Position numbers and translations under genes: made by a program. The notes beneath the pieces were generated by a model. That model was not told the origin of the DNA. It did no database searches and was given only the letters and a program-made list of their open reading frames with translations. Below, one piece after another: positions 24,501-37,648 of a DNA stretch of 64,000 nt; position 1 is the first letter of the stretch, and each line of letters starts with the position of its first letter. The stretch is taken from NCBI RefSeq assembly GCF_902713615.1, contig NC_052154.1, forward strand, positions 69,708,096-69,772,095, in the 5' to 3' direction. Source of the DNA: Scyliorhinus canicula. Taxonomy: Eukaryota.

Positions 24501-26275
24501 GGGGAGAATTTCCTGTTGCGAAGGCCACCAGGAATTCATGCTAAATTGCGTGACCCCCGGCCTCATTAATGATGCAATCAGAGGTTTCCAATTATTTTTC
24601 CACAGTGGGGAAGGCGAATGACGCACGGTCATATCCGGGCACCATATTTCAAAGGCACATGGGCAGCAACATACCCACCACATTGACTGAGGAAATGGCC
24701 AGAAGGAGAAACGGAGATCCGGCGCACAATTTCAGCGATGCCTCCCTTGAAAAGCAACTGGAGACCAGGAGGAGCGTCCTCTTTCCAGCCAATGGGAGGA
24801 GGAAGGTGAGCAGGTGAGTAGTGCTGAGGAAGTGGGGAGGCTGCAGAAGGATCTAGACAGTTTGGGAGAGTGGTGCAGGAAATGGCTGATGCATTTCAAC
24901 GTGAGAAAATGTGAGGTCTTGCACTTTGGAAAAAAGAATCCAAGCATAGACTACTTTCTAAACGGTGAGAAAATTCATAATGCCAAAGTACAAAGGGATC
25001 TGGGAGTGCTAGTCGAGGATTCCCTAAAGGTAAACATGCAGGTTGAATCCGTGATTAAGAAAGCGAATGCTATGTTGTCATTTATCTCAAGAGGGTTGGA
25101 ATATAAAAGCAGCGATGTGCTACTGAGCCTTTATAAGGCTCTGGTTAGGCCCCATTTGGAGTACTGTGTCCAGTTTTGGGCCCCACATCTCAGGAAGGAC
25201 ATACTGGCACTGGAGCGTGTCCAGCGGAGATACACACGGATGATCCCTGGAATGGCGGGGTCTAGCATATGAGGAACGGCTGGCGTTCCTGGGATTGTAT
25301 TCATTGGAGTTCAGAAGGTTAAGGGGAGATCTAATAGAAACTTACAAGATAATACATGGCTTAGAAAGGATGGACGCAAAGAAACTGTTTCCGTTAGGCG
25401 AGGAGTCGAGGACCCGTGGGCACAGCCTTAGAATTAGAGGGGGTAAATTCAAAACAGAAATGCGGAGACATTTCTTCAGCCAGAGAGTGGTGGGCCTGTG
25501 GAATTCATTGCCGCAGAGTGCAGTGGAGGCCGGGACGCTAAATGGCTTCAAGGCAGAGATAGATAAATTCTTGATGTCGCGAGGAATTAAGGGCTATGGG
25601 GAGAATGCTGGGAGGTGGAGTTGAAATGCCCATCAGCCATGATTGAATGGCGGAGTGGACTCGATGGGCCGAATGGCCTTACTTCCACTCCTATGTCTTA
25701 TGGTCTTATGGTCTTATGGTCAACCCTGCAATGAGAGCAAGTCTCCAGGGAAGTTACTGCTCAGGACCTCCAGCAGAGCACTGCCTGCAATGCAAGAAGC
25801 AGATTAATAACCTAATCCACTCCGCCAGGGTAAGTGGATCCTCAACTGCTCACACTCACCTCAAAGACTGGTACAGGGGGCATGGGCCTCAGTGGCAATT
25901 TGATAACATGATGCTTCGGCCCCACTCCAGTCCATCTGGGTTATTTCTAAGACTGGGAGCATGAGGTCTTCTTTAGCTAAGTGGTGACATGTACATGCCA
26001 TGTTGGTCCAGATGTGTTCCGGACTGGCGTGATTTCCCACTGGCAGCGTGGATTAAGGGCACAGGGGGTCATGATACTGGTCAGGCCTTCATCTGTATCC
26101 CATTAGTGGCATGCAAATCATTTCCCTGGTGGGTACTGTGACCCGCCATGGTGACCGGGAACAGGCGATCCCGTGTCATCATTTTCCGCCGGTAGAAAAC
26201 TTTTTGAGCTCCCGCCACATTGTTCCACCAGTCCGCCATTAAACCTGCCACAGGGAGGGATGGAAAATTCCACCC
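24501..26275 (+). mobile_element. Decayed non-autonomous Harbinger derivative carrying the Myb-gene start, split by a CR1
   Basis: TIR-like ggggagaatttcc / ggaaaattccaccc; MARRRNGDPAHNFSDASLEKQLETRRSVLFP at ~24694. Confidence 0.6.
24814..25718 (+). mobile_element. Young CR1 LINE 3' fragment, (TATGGTCT)n tail
   Basis: ORFs 24814-25272 and 25295-25624 form one CR1 ORF2 C-terminus with a single +1 shift near 25260. Confidence 0.95.
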
Positions 26276-26984
26276 TTATCATTCTGAAAGTGTTAGCCCT
26301 TTAACAATTTTTGTACAGGTGTGCATGTGTGGTAATTTAAAGGGGCCACATGGCCGCAATCTTCGAGAGAACATTGAGATAAAAATTGGTTCAAGTGAAT
26401 CCAGCTGGAAGTTTGAAAATCCAGCCTGTTGGCTCTTGTTCCTCTTCAGAGATGCTAACTGACAGGCTGAGCATTTCTGGCATTTTCTGTTTTTATTTCA
26501 GATTTCCGCCATCTGTAGTACTTCTTTTTGTATTAAAAATGCATGCTGCGTCCAGAAAGTAACTGAAACCAACCCTTCAGGCAAAAGCTCCAGTCGGCAT
26601 GATTGTCCTGTTGTGGTAACCTCTGCCAACTGCTTCACTCAGGCAGAAGCATCAATGTATTTGCCTGAGACAAGCTGCTGCCTGCTCTACTCAAATGTTA
26701 ACCAAAGATACAGACATGAATGTTTTAATGAAAAGATAGTTGGAAATATAACTGCGCATTGATGGATAGGAATGATCTACAGGAATACGTGAGGTCTGAA
26801 TAGAGGTATTTAAAACCAATATTGATTGGCGAGTTGTAGATGTAATCAAAACACTGCTGTGTACGTAGTCTCCTAGGGTATCTTTACCTTCTGTGCCACT
26901 GCAGCGCCCTCAGTAAGAACCTTCAGTTTTAACTTGAATTCATGGTTGCTTTTAGAGTAGATAATTCATTAAAGACTTACATTA

Positions 26985-27734
26985 TGGGGAGTTGGAGGCC
27001 AGGTTATGTGAGGAGGCCCTGAGGAGAGTTAACACATCCTCGTTGTGCGCCAGGCTCAGCCTGATTCAGTTTAAGGTGGTCCACAGGGCACGCATGACTG
27101 TGGCCGGGATGAGCAGGTTCTTTGAGGAGGTGCAGGATAGGTGTGGGCGCTGTGCGGGGGGTCCTGCAAACCATGTCCATATGTTTTCGGCATGTCCTGG
27201 ACAGAGGGGTTTTCTAAAGTCATGTCAGAGATCTTACAAGTGAGGGTGGTGCCGAGTTCAGAGGTGGCGGAAGACCCACGAGCCCAGAGGTTGAGAGAGG
27301 CCGATGTCCTGGCCTTTGCCTCCCTGGTGGCTCGGAGACGGATCTAACTAGGATGGAGGGACTCGGAGCCCCCAAAGTCGGGGGTGCGGGTTAGCGACAT
27401 GGCGGGGTTTCTCAGACTTGAGAAAATTAAATTTGCCTTGAGGGTTTTGTTGCAGAGGTTTGCCCGGAGGGGGCAGCCGTTCATCAACGTTATTGAGAAA
27501 AATTAAGCTGTCAGCAGGAGGAAGGGGGGGAGAGGCATGGGAGAGACACGTAAGGACAGGAGAAACAATGGAGGGGTGGCTGGAGAAGGTGGCATTGTGT
27601 GTGCAAGCCATGTTGGCTGGAGTTTGTGCACGGGGGGGGGGGGGGTTGGTTATATTGTTGTGTTTTTGTTGACATTTGATGTTGAAAATTGTTCAAATTA
27701 TAAATGCCTCAATAAAATATTTTCTTAAAAAAAA
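26985..27734 (+). mobile_element. L1/Tx1-clade 3' fragment with poly-A
   Basis: CARLSLIQFKVVHR, CGRC...NHVHMFSAC; aataaa and A-tail ending at 27734. Confidence 0.9.
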
Positions 27735-27741
27735 GGACCTA

Positions 27742-27924
<183 letters not shown>

Positions 27925-28949
27925 TCAGTTAGAGCAGGAGTTTCCAATCTCTGCTGAGACAAAAAGGGTGATCAAAATAAAACCTCATTCAAACCATCAT
28001 CTGAGCTGTCTTGCTGGTTCACTGAATCAAGTCAGGGCACAACTATGTCATTGGTATCAAAGATGTCAAAGCTCGAGGCTTGATCCATGCTAAGTTAGTG
28101 GACTTCAGCATGGGCGATGGACTGGACCACACTGGATTGAAGGAAAATATCCCTCCTGGATTACCAGATATATAAGTAAACACTGAGTAGCATAAGTGAT
28201 TTTGGCAGCAATTACCCTCGAGTCAAATAATCTGCAAAGTCATCCCATGGAGGCTCATACCAAAATAAGTGGCATAAATAATGGTGACTTGGGTAATAAA
28301 CTATAGGGGGGGGGGGGGGGGGGTCTGACACCTGTAAAACTGGCAGCTAGTTAACAGCCTCAGGAGAGGAGAGGAAATAGGTGAAGCGATCAAATTTTGT
28401 ATTATTAGCAGCAACAAGACTGCACTTATCAAAGAGGAAAAGGAGATTGATGTGGTACAGCAGGATGAACACTTGCTCTGTCTCTCAGGCTGTGGTTTGG
28501 TACCAGTCCAGAACATCACATCAATTATAAATCAGCCTTGGACCAGTTTCATCTCAGTTGCCAGCCATCAATGTGCCACTGTATACTGACCTGGCAATCG
28601 CACACCCCACTGAGAAAAGCATAGGTTGGAAATGGGAGAGTCATATTCATGCAGAGAGGAAACAGTGGGGGAGATTTTCCGGCTGTTCCATGTTTCCGGA
28701 TCTCCCCGCCCACCTCCCTCTGCGTGTTCACTTGCCACAGCCTTCTCCCCCCCCACACCCCCATCCCTCACCAAACTGCCAGAGGTGCCGGGGGCAATGT
28801 CCAGCATGGCCTTCAATGCAGCTCTGCACCCACGGCGTGGTCATCATAACTAGTTTACATTTTTGAAAATCAGTAGTGTTTCGCACCGGCATGCTGTCAC
28901 ACTGCCACAGGGCTGTATTCATGGTGAATGGTGCACTAGTTGAATGGTG

Positions 28950-29150
28950 AGGGGCTGGTTTAGCACAGGGCTAAATCGCGGACTTTGAAAGCAGACCAAG
29001 GCAGGCCAGCAGCACGGTTCAATTCCTGTATCAGCCTCCCCGAACAGGCGCCGGAATGTGGCGACTAGGGGCTTTTGGCAGTAACTTCAATTGAAGCCAA
29101 CTTGTGACAATAAGCGATTTTCATTTCATTTCATATTTCATTTCATTTCC
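28950..29150 (+). mobile_element. Short tRNA-derived SINE, (TTTCA)n tail
   Basis: Full-length copy of the 2721 family. Confidence 0.9.
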
Positions 29151-29589
29151 ATGGGGCCGCCCGCTATGGTGTAAAACCTTTTAATGACATTTAAATGAAT
29201 ATAAATTCATGGTAGTCAGATTCATGTCCTTTCTGGATGTGAACCTGATCACATCTCTGGCAGTCAGGGCGGGGAAGATCTCAAACCGAGATCTCGCCGG
29301 CGCAAATCCTGTTATGGCCCTCTCGTGAGGCTTAGTGGCCATAATAGGATTTGCCCCCATGGCTAACAGGCCTGTAAAACTGCACCCATTGTTTGGGAAA
29401 GCTGCTTTGTACCTGACTCTGACATGACGGAGGTAGAAATTGGGAGTGCCAAACAGGCAACGTTGCAGTGGGTTGCCTGTTAAACACCATGGACAACATT
29501 CAGTGCTAGTGAATTGATACCACCCATTTTGTGATAATGCCTGATGCAAATTTGCATCCCATATCAAGAAGATTATCCATTTGTTATCT

Positions 29590-29825
29590 GGCATGGTGGC
29601 ACAGTGGTTAGCACTGCTGCCACACAGCGCTGGGGACTCGGATTAAATCCCGGCCCTGAATCACTGACCGCGTGGAGTTTGCGCATCCGCCCCCCCCCCC
29701 CGCCCCTGTGTCTGCGTGTGTCTCACCCCCTCAACCCGAATATATGCAAGCTTGGTGGAGTTTCCATGCTAAATTGCCCCTTAATTGGAAAAAAAAGAAT
29801 TGGGTACTTTAAATTTATTTTCAAA
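29590..29825 (+). mobile_element. V-SINE, A-tailed subfamily, decayed
   Basis: tRNA head; aaattgccccttaattggaaaaa 3' end. Confidence 0.8.
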
Positions 29826-29944
29826 CATTATTGAGAAGCAAGTAAGTTTTCCAATAAAAATATTTTGAATAGTAATGGAAATTAATTAGATTCAGAAATA
29901 AAATCTCTGGTGACTGTTCAAAGCAAGATTCTCCTAAAAAGAAC

Positions 29945-30965
29945 CGCCCACCGGGTGGAGTGGGACTATCTATGGGAGGTGCTCGGATGGTTTGGGTTCG
30001 GGGAGGGACTGGTGGATTGGATCAAATTATTATATCAGGCCCCGAAGGCCAGCGTCAGGACTAACAGAGAAGTGTCGGAGAACTTTAGGCTGTACTCAGG
30101 GACCAGACAGGGCTGCCCGCTCTCCCCGCTGCTGTTTGCGCTGGCCATAGAGCCGCTGGCGATTGCGCTGAGAGCCGCAGAGGGATGGAAGGGGATAGTG
30201 AGGGGCAGGGTAGAACATAGGGTCTCTCTTTACGCAGACGACCTGCTCCTGTACGTGTCGGACCCAGTGGCCAGGATGGGAAGTATACTGGGAATGTTGA
30301 GGAAGTTCGGCCAGTTTTCAGGATACAAATTAAATACGGCCAAGAGTGAAATGTTTGTGGTACAGGCAAGGGGCCAGGAGAACAGATTGAGAGGGCTACC
30401 GTTTAGGCTGGTTGAGGAAAATTTCCGGTATTTGGGAATCCAGGTGGCACGAGACTGGGGCAGGCTGCAGAAGTTAAATTTGGCCAGGGTGGTGGAGCAA
30501 ATGAAGGGAGAGTTTCGGAGATGGGATGCACTCCCTGTCACTGGCAGGGAGGGTGCAGACTGTAAAGATGACAAACCTCCCTAGATTTCTGTTTGTTTAT
30601 CAGTGCCTCCCGATCTTAGGGGGTACTGGGAGGGATTTGCGGGCGTCATGCCCCGGGTGCTAAAAACAAGGGTGGCGATGAGTCCAGGGGTGGAAATTTT
30701 TGGGGTTTCGGAAGACCCGGGAGTCCAGGGGGAGAAAGAGGCCAATGTTTTGGCCTTTGCTTCCCTGATAGCCCGGCGACGAATACTGTTGGCGTGGAGG
30801 AACTCAAAGCCCCGAAGACTGAGTTGTGGTTTGCGGACATGTCGAGTTTCCTGGGTATGGAAAAAATTAAGTTCGCCTTGAGGGGATCTGTACAGGGGTT
30901 CGCCCGGAGGTGGCAACCATTTATTGACTTCTTTGCGGGAGAGTGAGCGTCAGCGGGGGGGGGCT
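29945..30965 (+). mobile_element. L1/Tx1-clade LINE fragment, internal deletion at ~30605
   Basis: GTRQGCPLSPLLF and VSLYADDLLLY RT motifs, then a jump to the C-terminal LAFASLIARRRILLAW. Confidence 0.92.
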
Positions 30966-32835
30966 GAACAGCAACATGGCAAACCGTTAGTTCCCGGGCC
31001 TGGGAGAATAAGTCACAGACATATTTAAATGAGCCGAATGGATCATTTAAATACGTATGTCTGGATTGCACCCTGTGTGGGCGACATCCAGATTTTGTTA
31101 AATCTCGCGAGGTGTTTCGAGCGTCAGGAATCTCGCGAGAAGCCTCTCACAAGATTCAATAGTCTCGTCATCTCACCAAGTTGGGTGCAAGGAGGCCATT
31201 AAATCACACCCAAAAAATTTTTGTTTACTGATTGTGACGATCTTGTACAAATTGCTTTGTTGACTCAATTTCTTGTGAGTGCTATTCTACCATAATTCTG
31301 GACAGGCAAAATAGACAAATTCATTCAGATTGATGGTGAAAAATTATAACATGCACAAAGAATGGGACTGCCCTCATGAGGTAGGGTAGCGGAGGGAACC
31401 TCACTCTGCATCTAAATCGTGCTATCTGAAGCCTTGTAGTGGTTGACACTAACACGGGAGCCTCAAAACTGGAAACAATTTTCCATTCATCAGTATCAAC
31501 TTCCAAAGCACAGATGATCAGTCCCTCTAAAGATTAGCAGTAAATTAGTATCAGTAATTTAAATGTTCGCAATATCCATAAAGCCTAGTTGATCAGTTTT
31601 GTTTTTCAATGCAAGAGATATGCTGAGGGACGAGGGGACATGGTGATGTATGGAAACATAGAAAACATATTTTGTTTATTGATCTTTCCCCATCATAAAT
31701 ATGATTCTACATATTTACTTCAAATGATTGGGGAAGCAATGTGTGTAAAAATAAATTGCAGTAAAACTAGAAGTGTCTCATTTGACCTTTACAGCAGAGC
31801 TGGGAGACAATGAAGTGATTCATATGCAATAAAATCTTTCTACGCAAGCTGTGATTTTAAAAGGCATTTGATATCGTATATGTGTCTGACGTGACACAAA
31901 TTCTAACCAGGTACTCTTGTAATTGTCACATTTAAAATATATAACCATTCATTATTGCCTCCTCAACATGGGTTATTTGGCAGCAGTGCACGATGCTTGT
32001 TTTTTTTGCTCTGGTTAATAGGATTGTGTGTGTTTGCTGTGTAATGCCTCGCTCAGTAAAACCAGAGAATTGATTTGAAGAAGCACATGGTTCAGTGAGC
32101 AAAGTCAGGAAGGTCTCAGCTTAGATTTAGTCCATTCCAGGATCAGCTAAACTCAGTCAAGCCTCTGTAGTGTGGGCACGAAGATTAATCTCTGCGGCCT
32201 ACTCAAGGGAGGGTGTTGTGCATAGGAAAACGAGGAAATGGAGAAAAAGATTCCTGCGTAAATGCATCCAAGAGTACATCCGAGGTGTGAAGCAAGCACC
32301 CATCCTAAAAGGTCGAGGAAAGTTGGGCACAAGTTTGATGAACTGCATCCAAAACTTCTTGCTCTTTTAATCCCAGTATTTCTCCCAGTGCCTGAATACA
32401 CCTCGGCTTATTATAATGACACTGCTACCAAGCTAAAGAGCCATATTCACAAATTTTCTGCAATTGTGCTCATTCATATAAAATTACATCCAGGATTTTA
32501 TGGAGGAAAACAAAAAGGTTTCCCGGTGCTTTCTGGCAAAGATTAAACAATTTTACTGTGTATTTTCTATTTACTTGAATGTATTTTCCTAGTAATCAGT
32601 ATAAATCATATTCAAAATCAAAAAGCTTCCATCCATTGTTCACTTTAAACATGATGGGTGGAATTTTATGATTTTTTTTTCAAAGTCCTGTCTCGAGCGG
32701 AAAAAGTGGGGGCAGCCTGCCAGCTGCCTTTTCCCGCCAAAGTTTCAACCACTTTGAGAAAAATAATGGAAGGGGTGGGATTGTCCCATCAGCAACCTCG
32801 GCTCCTGACAGATCAAGGTGCCTTGATCTACTATG

Positions 32836-33200
32836 CACGGTAGCACAGTGGCTAGCACTGTTGCTTCACAGCACCAGGGACCTGGGTTCGATTCACGGCT
32901 TGGGTCACTGTCTGTGTCTGCGTGGGTTTCCTCCGGGTGCTCCGGTTTCCTCCTACAAGTCCCAAAAGATCTGCTTGTTAGGTGACCTGGTCTGGCCTAT
33001 ATGTGACTCCACATCCACAGCAATGTGGTTTACTCTTAGATTTTCTGATCTGTAGTCAGACCCTTCATCCATTGCGCCACTGGCCCACTGATTAACTCTT
33101 AAATGGCCTAACAAGCCACTCAGTTCAAGGGGCAATTAGGGATGGGCAATAAATGCTTGGCCTTGCCAATGATGCCCACAGCCCATGAAAGAATAAGAAA
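32836..33200 (+). mobile_element. Chimeric SINE: V-SINE head plus 3' part of another SINE with an L2/CR1-like tail
   Basis: Head to ~32985; tail gggatgggcaataaatgct...gcccaca shared with the LINE at 22180-23212 and the SINE at ~54550. Confidence 0.7.
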
Positions 33201-34927
33201 AGCAGGATGACCACATTGTTGCCAGTGGTTACTGGATTGCACACCAGCAGCAGTCCCATCAGCCCCACTTGAATGTCAACCCAGGGCTGTAGAGATAACT
33301 TAGGGTTCTTAAGGTTCCTTGAACTCCTCAGCACCCTAGTCCTCCACCACCTGCCTCTCCCCTCCACAACAGCCCTCATTTGCTTCATATGTGCCAGTGA
33401 CCACGGCTGCCCATGCAGAGATGCAGAAGATGCAGTCTAAAGGAGATCCCCAATGAGTGCCGACAGGATGACACAGACCATCACACACCTCATTTCCTTT
33501 AGATAAGTAAGTGAGCAGCTTCACTTAAGTGGGGCATTTTGAAGCAGTGCGGCCAAGTGCAGGGCAACGTTTCACCTACAGCACGAATGGATTCACTGTG
33601 GTTACTGTATTCACATTGTATACAGCACATTTGAGCACCAGCTGAATATATTTCCTTTCACTTCTATATGACTTGGTGTGTGCGGGTACAATAGAGAGCT
33701 CAAAAGGGATTATACAAATATGAGGTTGCTTCTTATATTGGGGGCAGCATGCTGAGCTGCTTCTCGATGTGGCATCAGCAGAAACAATGATGTGGCCTGA
33801 TTGGTGAGGCACAGGAAAGCTTCTGCCTTTTCTGTTGCATCACATAAGAGACCAGAGGTCAAAGCCTCAGCCACTACGTTGCTCTTTGTACCTTTCACTT
33901 TCCATCTAAGTGTGTCTTTAAGGGAGGCTAAATGGTCGACTGCATGCCTGGATGCTGTACCGCAAGTGCACCTGAATCATGATTGCTGGATGCTAGCATT
34001 GATCTGTTCTGCAACGTTCAACTTTGGCCTTGGTGTGGGAAGTGCAGCTCGATAGGCCATATATTGTCCAGTTGATATAGGCTGTGTGTTGTCACCACTA
34101 CAGTGGCTGCATTGACATTTCCAGTACCACAGGATGTGGTTTGTGGGGTTTGCAGAGGTATATGTTATACATATATACAAGTCACGACTGATGCAAACAG
34201 TGCCCAATTCTTAACCAGGGTCAGTTATCTAATCACCGTGTGCAAGACACCATATCGACATAAATGATGCAACACAAACCATATACACACTGGCATTAGT
34301 GTAACAGGTATATTTGTGTCATCTGCATTGTGGGCATGGCTTTTTGATTGTCCATTTGGCGGCATGTGTGCCTCATTCACGGTCAATGGCATTCATGTGG
34401 GGGGAGGGGGGGGGAAACAGGTGACGGTCATGTTTATGATGGAGAGGGCAGCTGCAATTTGAATGTGACAGAATCTAACTCACTGGGTGTTGCTTCCCTC
34501 CCTCATGATGGATGACCAGTTCCTCGAGAGGCATTGGCATCAAGATACAAGGATCGCCATGTGGAAGTAGGTCACCAGGGACTGTGTTATTTTGGAAAAG
34601 TTTATGAAAAGTTATTCTGGACATGGACCCATCTGGCAATGACCCCCTCTTACACAGAGCACTCTAGAGGTGTTTACCAGCTGTTTACGCTGGTGGGATG
34701 TTCCGGTCCCAACGACACCGCACGGGTACCTGGCGATGAGGCGCGCAGTCAACGGGAACTCCTGTTGACAACGGCAGGACCAGTAAATCCTGTTGGCGGG
34801 CCACCTCGATCGCTGAAAAACACATGGCGGGTTGGTCGGTAAATCTCGCCCTCTGCATGCATGTCCTTGCCTGCCGGCTGCTCTGCCATTAGCAAGTTGC
34901 CATTGGGCACGGTTCTCCTTTGGTGAA

Positions 34928-35311
34928 TGTCATAATATACACCAGTATATCATGGTGCAGACACACACTGATGGACACACACAGGGACCAATCAACATAT
35001 ACAAACACCGCAGCCAATCACCAGTTAGAATACACACACTATAAAGGCAGAGGGCACCACGGTTCCCGCTCATTCTGGGTGCTGCCTCTCAGTGTAACAA
35101 GAACTCATTCATCCCAGCACAGACTCTCACCACGTGCTGAGAGAATCAACTGGTTCGGACAAGGCTTAGGTCTCTAGTTTAAGTTAGCATCATTTCGACC
35201 CACAGTCATCGTGTGTTAGTTAGTTAGAAGTCGTTAATAAAATTGAGTTGAACCTTCATCAGTGTTGGAAGTGTCCGTTCATCTCTCAAGTCCACACTAG
35301 CCAACACTTCA
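34928..35311 (+). mobile_element. LTR-like solo element
   Basis: TG...CA termini, two CCAATC boxes, TATAAA (~35040), AATAAA (~35236). No TSD; the right flank starts mid-SINE. Confidence 0.7.
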
Positions 35312-35495
35312 CAAAGATGTGCAGGTTAGCTGGATTGGCCATGATAAATTGCCTCTTAGTGTCCAAAAGGTGAGGTGGGGTTACTGGGTTACGGGGGAGG
35401 CGTGGGCTTAAGTGGGGTGCTCTTTCCAAACACCGGTTCAGACTCGATGAACCGAATGGCCTCCTTCTGCACTGCAAATTCTATGAAATTTTATG
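35312..35495 (+). mobile_element. 3' half of an HE1-like V-SINE
   Basis: caaagatgtgcaggttag... through ctccttctgcactg tail. Confidence 0.8.
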
Positions 35496-35958
35496 AAAGA
35501 TCATAATCTTCTGAATGGCCTTAATGTACACATACTTCCTTCTCCTTCTCCTACTCATCTCAGAGTTTGGAGCTCTGCCCATGGCCTCAACGTCATCAAG
35601 CTGCCTTTCCAATGCACAGTGCGATGCAGCATACAATAATTATTCTTGAAATCCTTGCATATTGGAAAGCTCCACCTAATGATTGAGGCACCAGAATCCT
35701 GGTCTTTAAGATGTTAATGGCCTGCCCGATGCTGCTCCTGGTGACTGGTTTTGGTAGCTATTGTGGTTGTGCTCTGCCTTGGATTACAGGTCCCTTATGG
35801 GGGTCATTAGCCGAGTTCATAGTGGAGTAGCCCTAGCCCCCTAGGAACCAACCCCAGATCTGTGGGGGTGAATGAGATAGATTGGGGAGTTGCAAGTTCC
35901 TTGGCATGAGGGAGTCACAGCAGCCCGGGAATCTTCCTCACACTTGAAGAAACACCTT

Positions 35959-36317
35959 GGCTGGGATTCTCCGAGCCTCCACGCAGCAATCGCGCTCGGT
36001 ACCTGGGCGGGGTTTGGGCGTCAGACACACGATCGGGTCCGACGCCGCTTGGCGTCGGGGACCGGAGAATTGCCGCCAATCACGCGTGCAGTCAACGCGG
36101 AGCTGGTCGGTGGCCATTGACAGAGGCCCCCTCGGCGATTCTCCGCTGACAACGGGCCGAGTTCCCGGCGGCGTGGTTCACTCATGGTTCCACCTGGCGG
36201 GAGCTCTAAGTGTCAGCTGCTGGTGGCGCGGCGGGTGGAATCCTTCACTGGGATGGGGGCCTGCAGGACGGCCGGGCTCACGATCGGGGGCCACCGATCG
36301 GCGGGCGCTTGCAATCT

Positions 36318-36358
<41 letters not shown>

Positions 36359-36414
36359 TTCGCGCCTCCTCCTGGGGATTCTCCAACCTGGCGCAGGGTC
36401 AGAGAATCCCGGCC
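35959..36414. mobile_element. Shortened GC-rich MITE containing a G39 run
   Basis: TIR ggctgggattctcc / gagaatcccggcc; flanks CTT and CAG do not match. Confidence 0.7.
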
Positions 36415-36931
36415 CAGATCCACGGGGAAATGAATGTCCTCCCCCAGAAGAGCAACAGGACATTAATCACTTCCTTCATGCACCTATGCTGCTGACTGGG
36501 AAATCCCAGCCAGGTCTCCTGCTGATCCCTGGAAAGAGCTGGAGGCATAAAAGTTCAGTGTGACGGTTACCTTCACAGCAACTGGCAGGACATGAAGGTC
36601 GATGGATTGTGGCTGCAGTTGCTCTGTGCTTTGTGACAAATGTCTGTCACAACATCATGGCTCAGCCGGAGTCTTCTCCGGCACTGGATTTCCATTATGT
36701 TGAGGTATGATGTCCTCAATCCTCAGTCTGTACAGCCTCAACACAAGGTGGAATCTGGCGGTCCTCCCTCTCCTCCACTTTTCTGGTGCTCTCCCTCTGG
36801 GCTCCAGGTGCTCATGTTGATTAGCTTCTACTGCTTCAGTATAAGAGGATGCCATGCCCCTCCTCTATACTTCCTTGAATGAAGCACTATGTACACTTCT
36901 GAAGCACTAATGCCTTCCTTGCACCTGGGTG

Positions 36932-37153
36932 TGATGCACGATCAATTGCACAAAGACAAGAGTTGAATATAACTGAGGCTTTATTACACTAAGATATGTG
37001 ACCTCCTACAGCAGCTGGCGAAATGGTTGCTGTACAGGGAGCACACACATTTATACTCCGCCTATTGGGCGGAGCCAGCAGGCAGAGACTAGCCCCGTAC
37101 CTGTAGTACAGGGCCTTACCATACATACCCTAATATATACAGCAGTGGTTACA
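36932..37153 (-). mobile_element. Short LTR-like solo element
   Basis: Minus strand: TG start, CCAAT, GC box, TATAAA, AATAAA, ...gcatCA end; no TSD. Confidence 0.65.
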
Positions 37154-37424
37154 GCAATGTAAAATATAAAATTGATGGCAGACCAGCAACCCACCCTCCG
37201 GATAGGACAGTGGGAGTTAAGTTCCTGCCACTTCTGGGGCACTAAATAAAAACTTCAATCTAACTTTACAGAGGTACCTCACCGCTCCAAGGAGTTAAGC
37301 TAGCTCTCCAAAACAGGCACTCCTTTGGCACTGGTCTGCTCTGCGCACTTTGGGATTCACACAACTGGGGCCGAAGAACTCAAAAGTCAGTGGAAGAAAG
37401 TGGCAGTTTAAATGACCAGCTGCC

Positions 37425-37648
37425 CACGGTGGCACAGTGGGTTAGCCCTGTTGCCTCACGGCACTGAGATCCCAGGTTCGATCCCGGCTCTGGGTCACTG
37501 TCCGTGTGGAGTTTGCACCTTCTCCCAGTGTCTGCGTGGATCTCGCCCCCACAACCCAAAGATGTGCAGGGTAGGTGGATTGGCCAATTAAGGGGCAATT
37601 TAGCCCCTTAATTGGAAAAAATGAATTGGGTACTCTAAATTTAAAAAA
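37425..37648 (+). mobile_element. A-tailed V-SINE with ~15-bp TSD
   Basis: aaatgaccagctgcc on both sides. Confidence 0.9.

Noticed and set aside
24814-25624. Active CR1
   Set aside because: 5'-truncated; lacks the endonuclease and most of the RT. The single frameshift in a G run may be an error but does not change this.
32170-32370. Basic 66-aa ORF as a nested gene or exon
   Set aside because: No recognisable homology or convincing splice sites.
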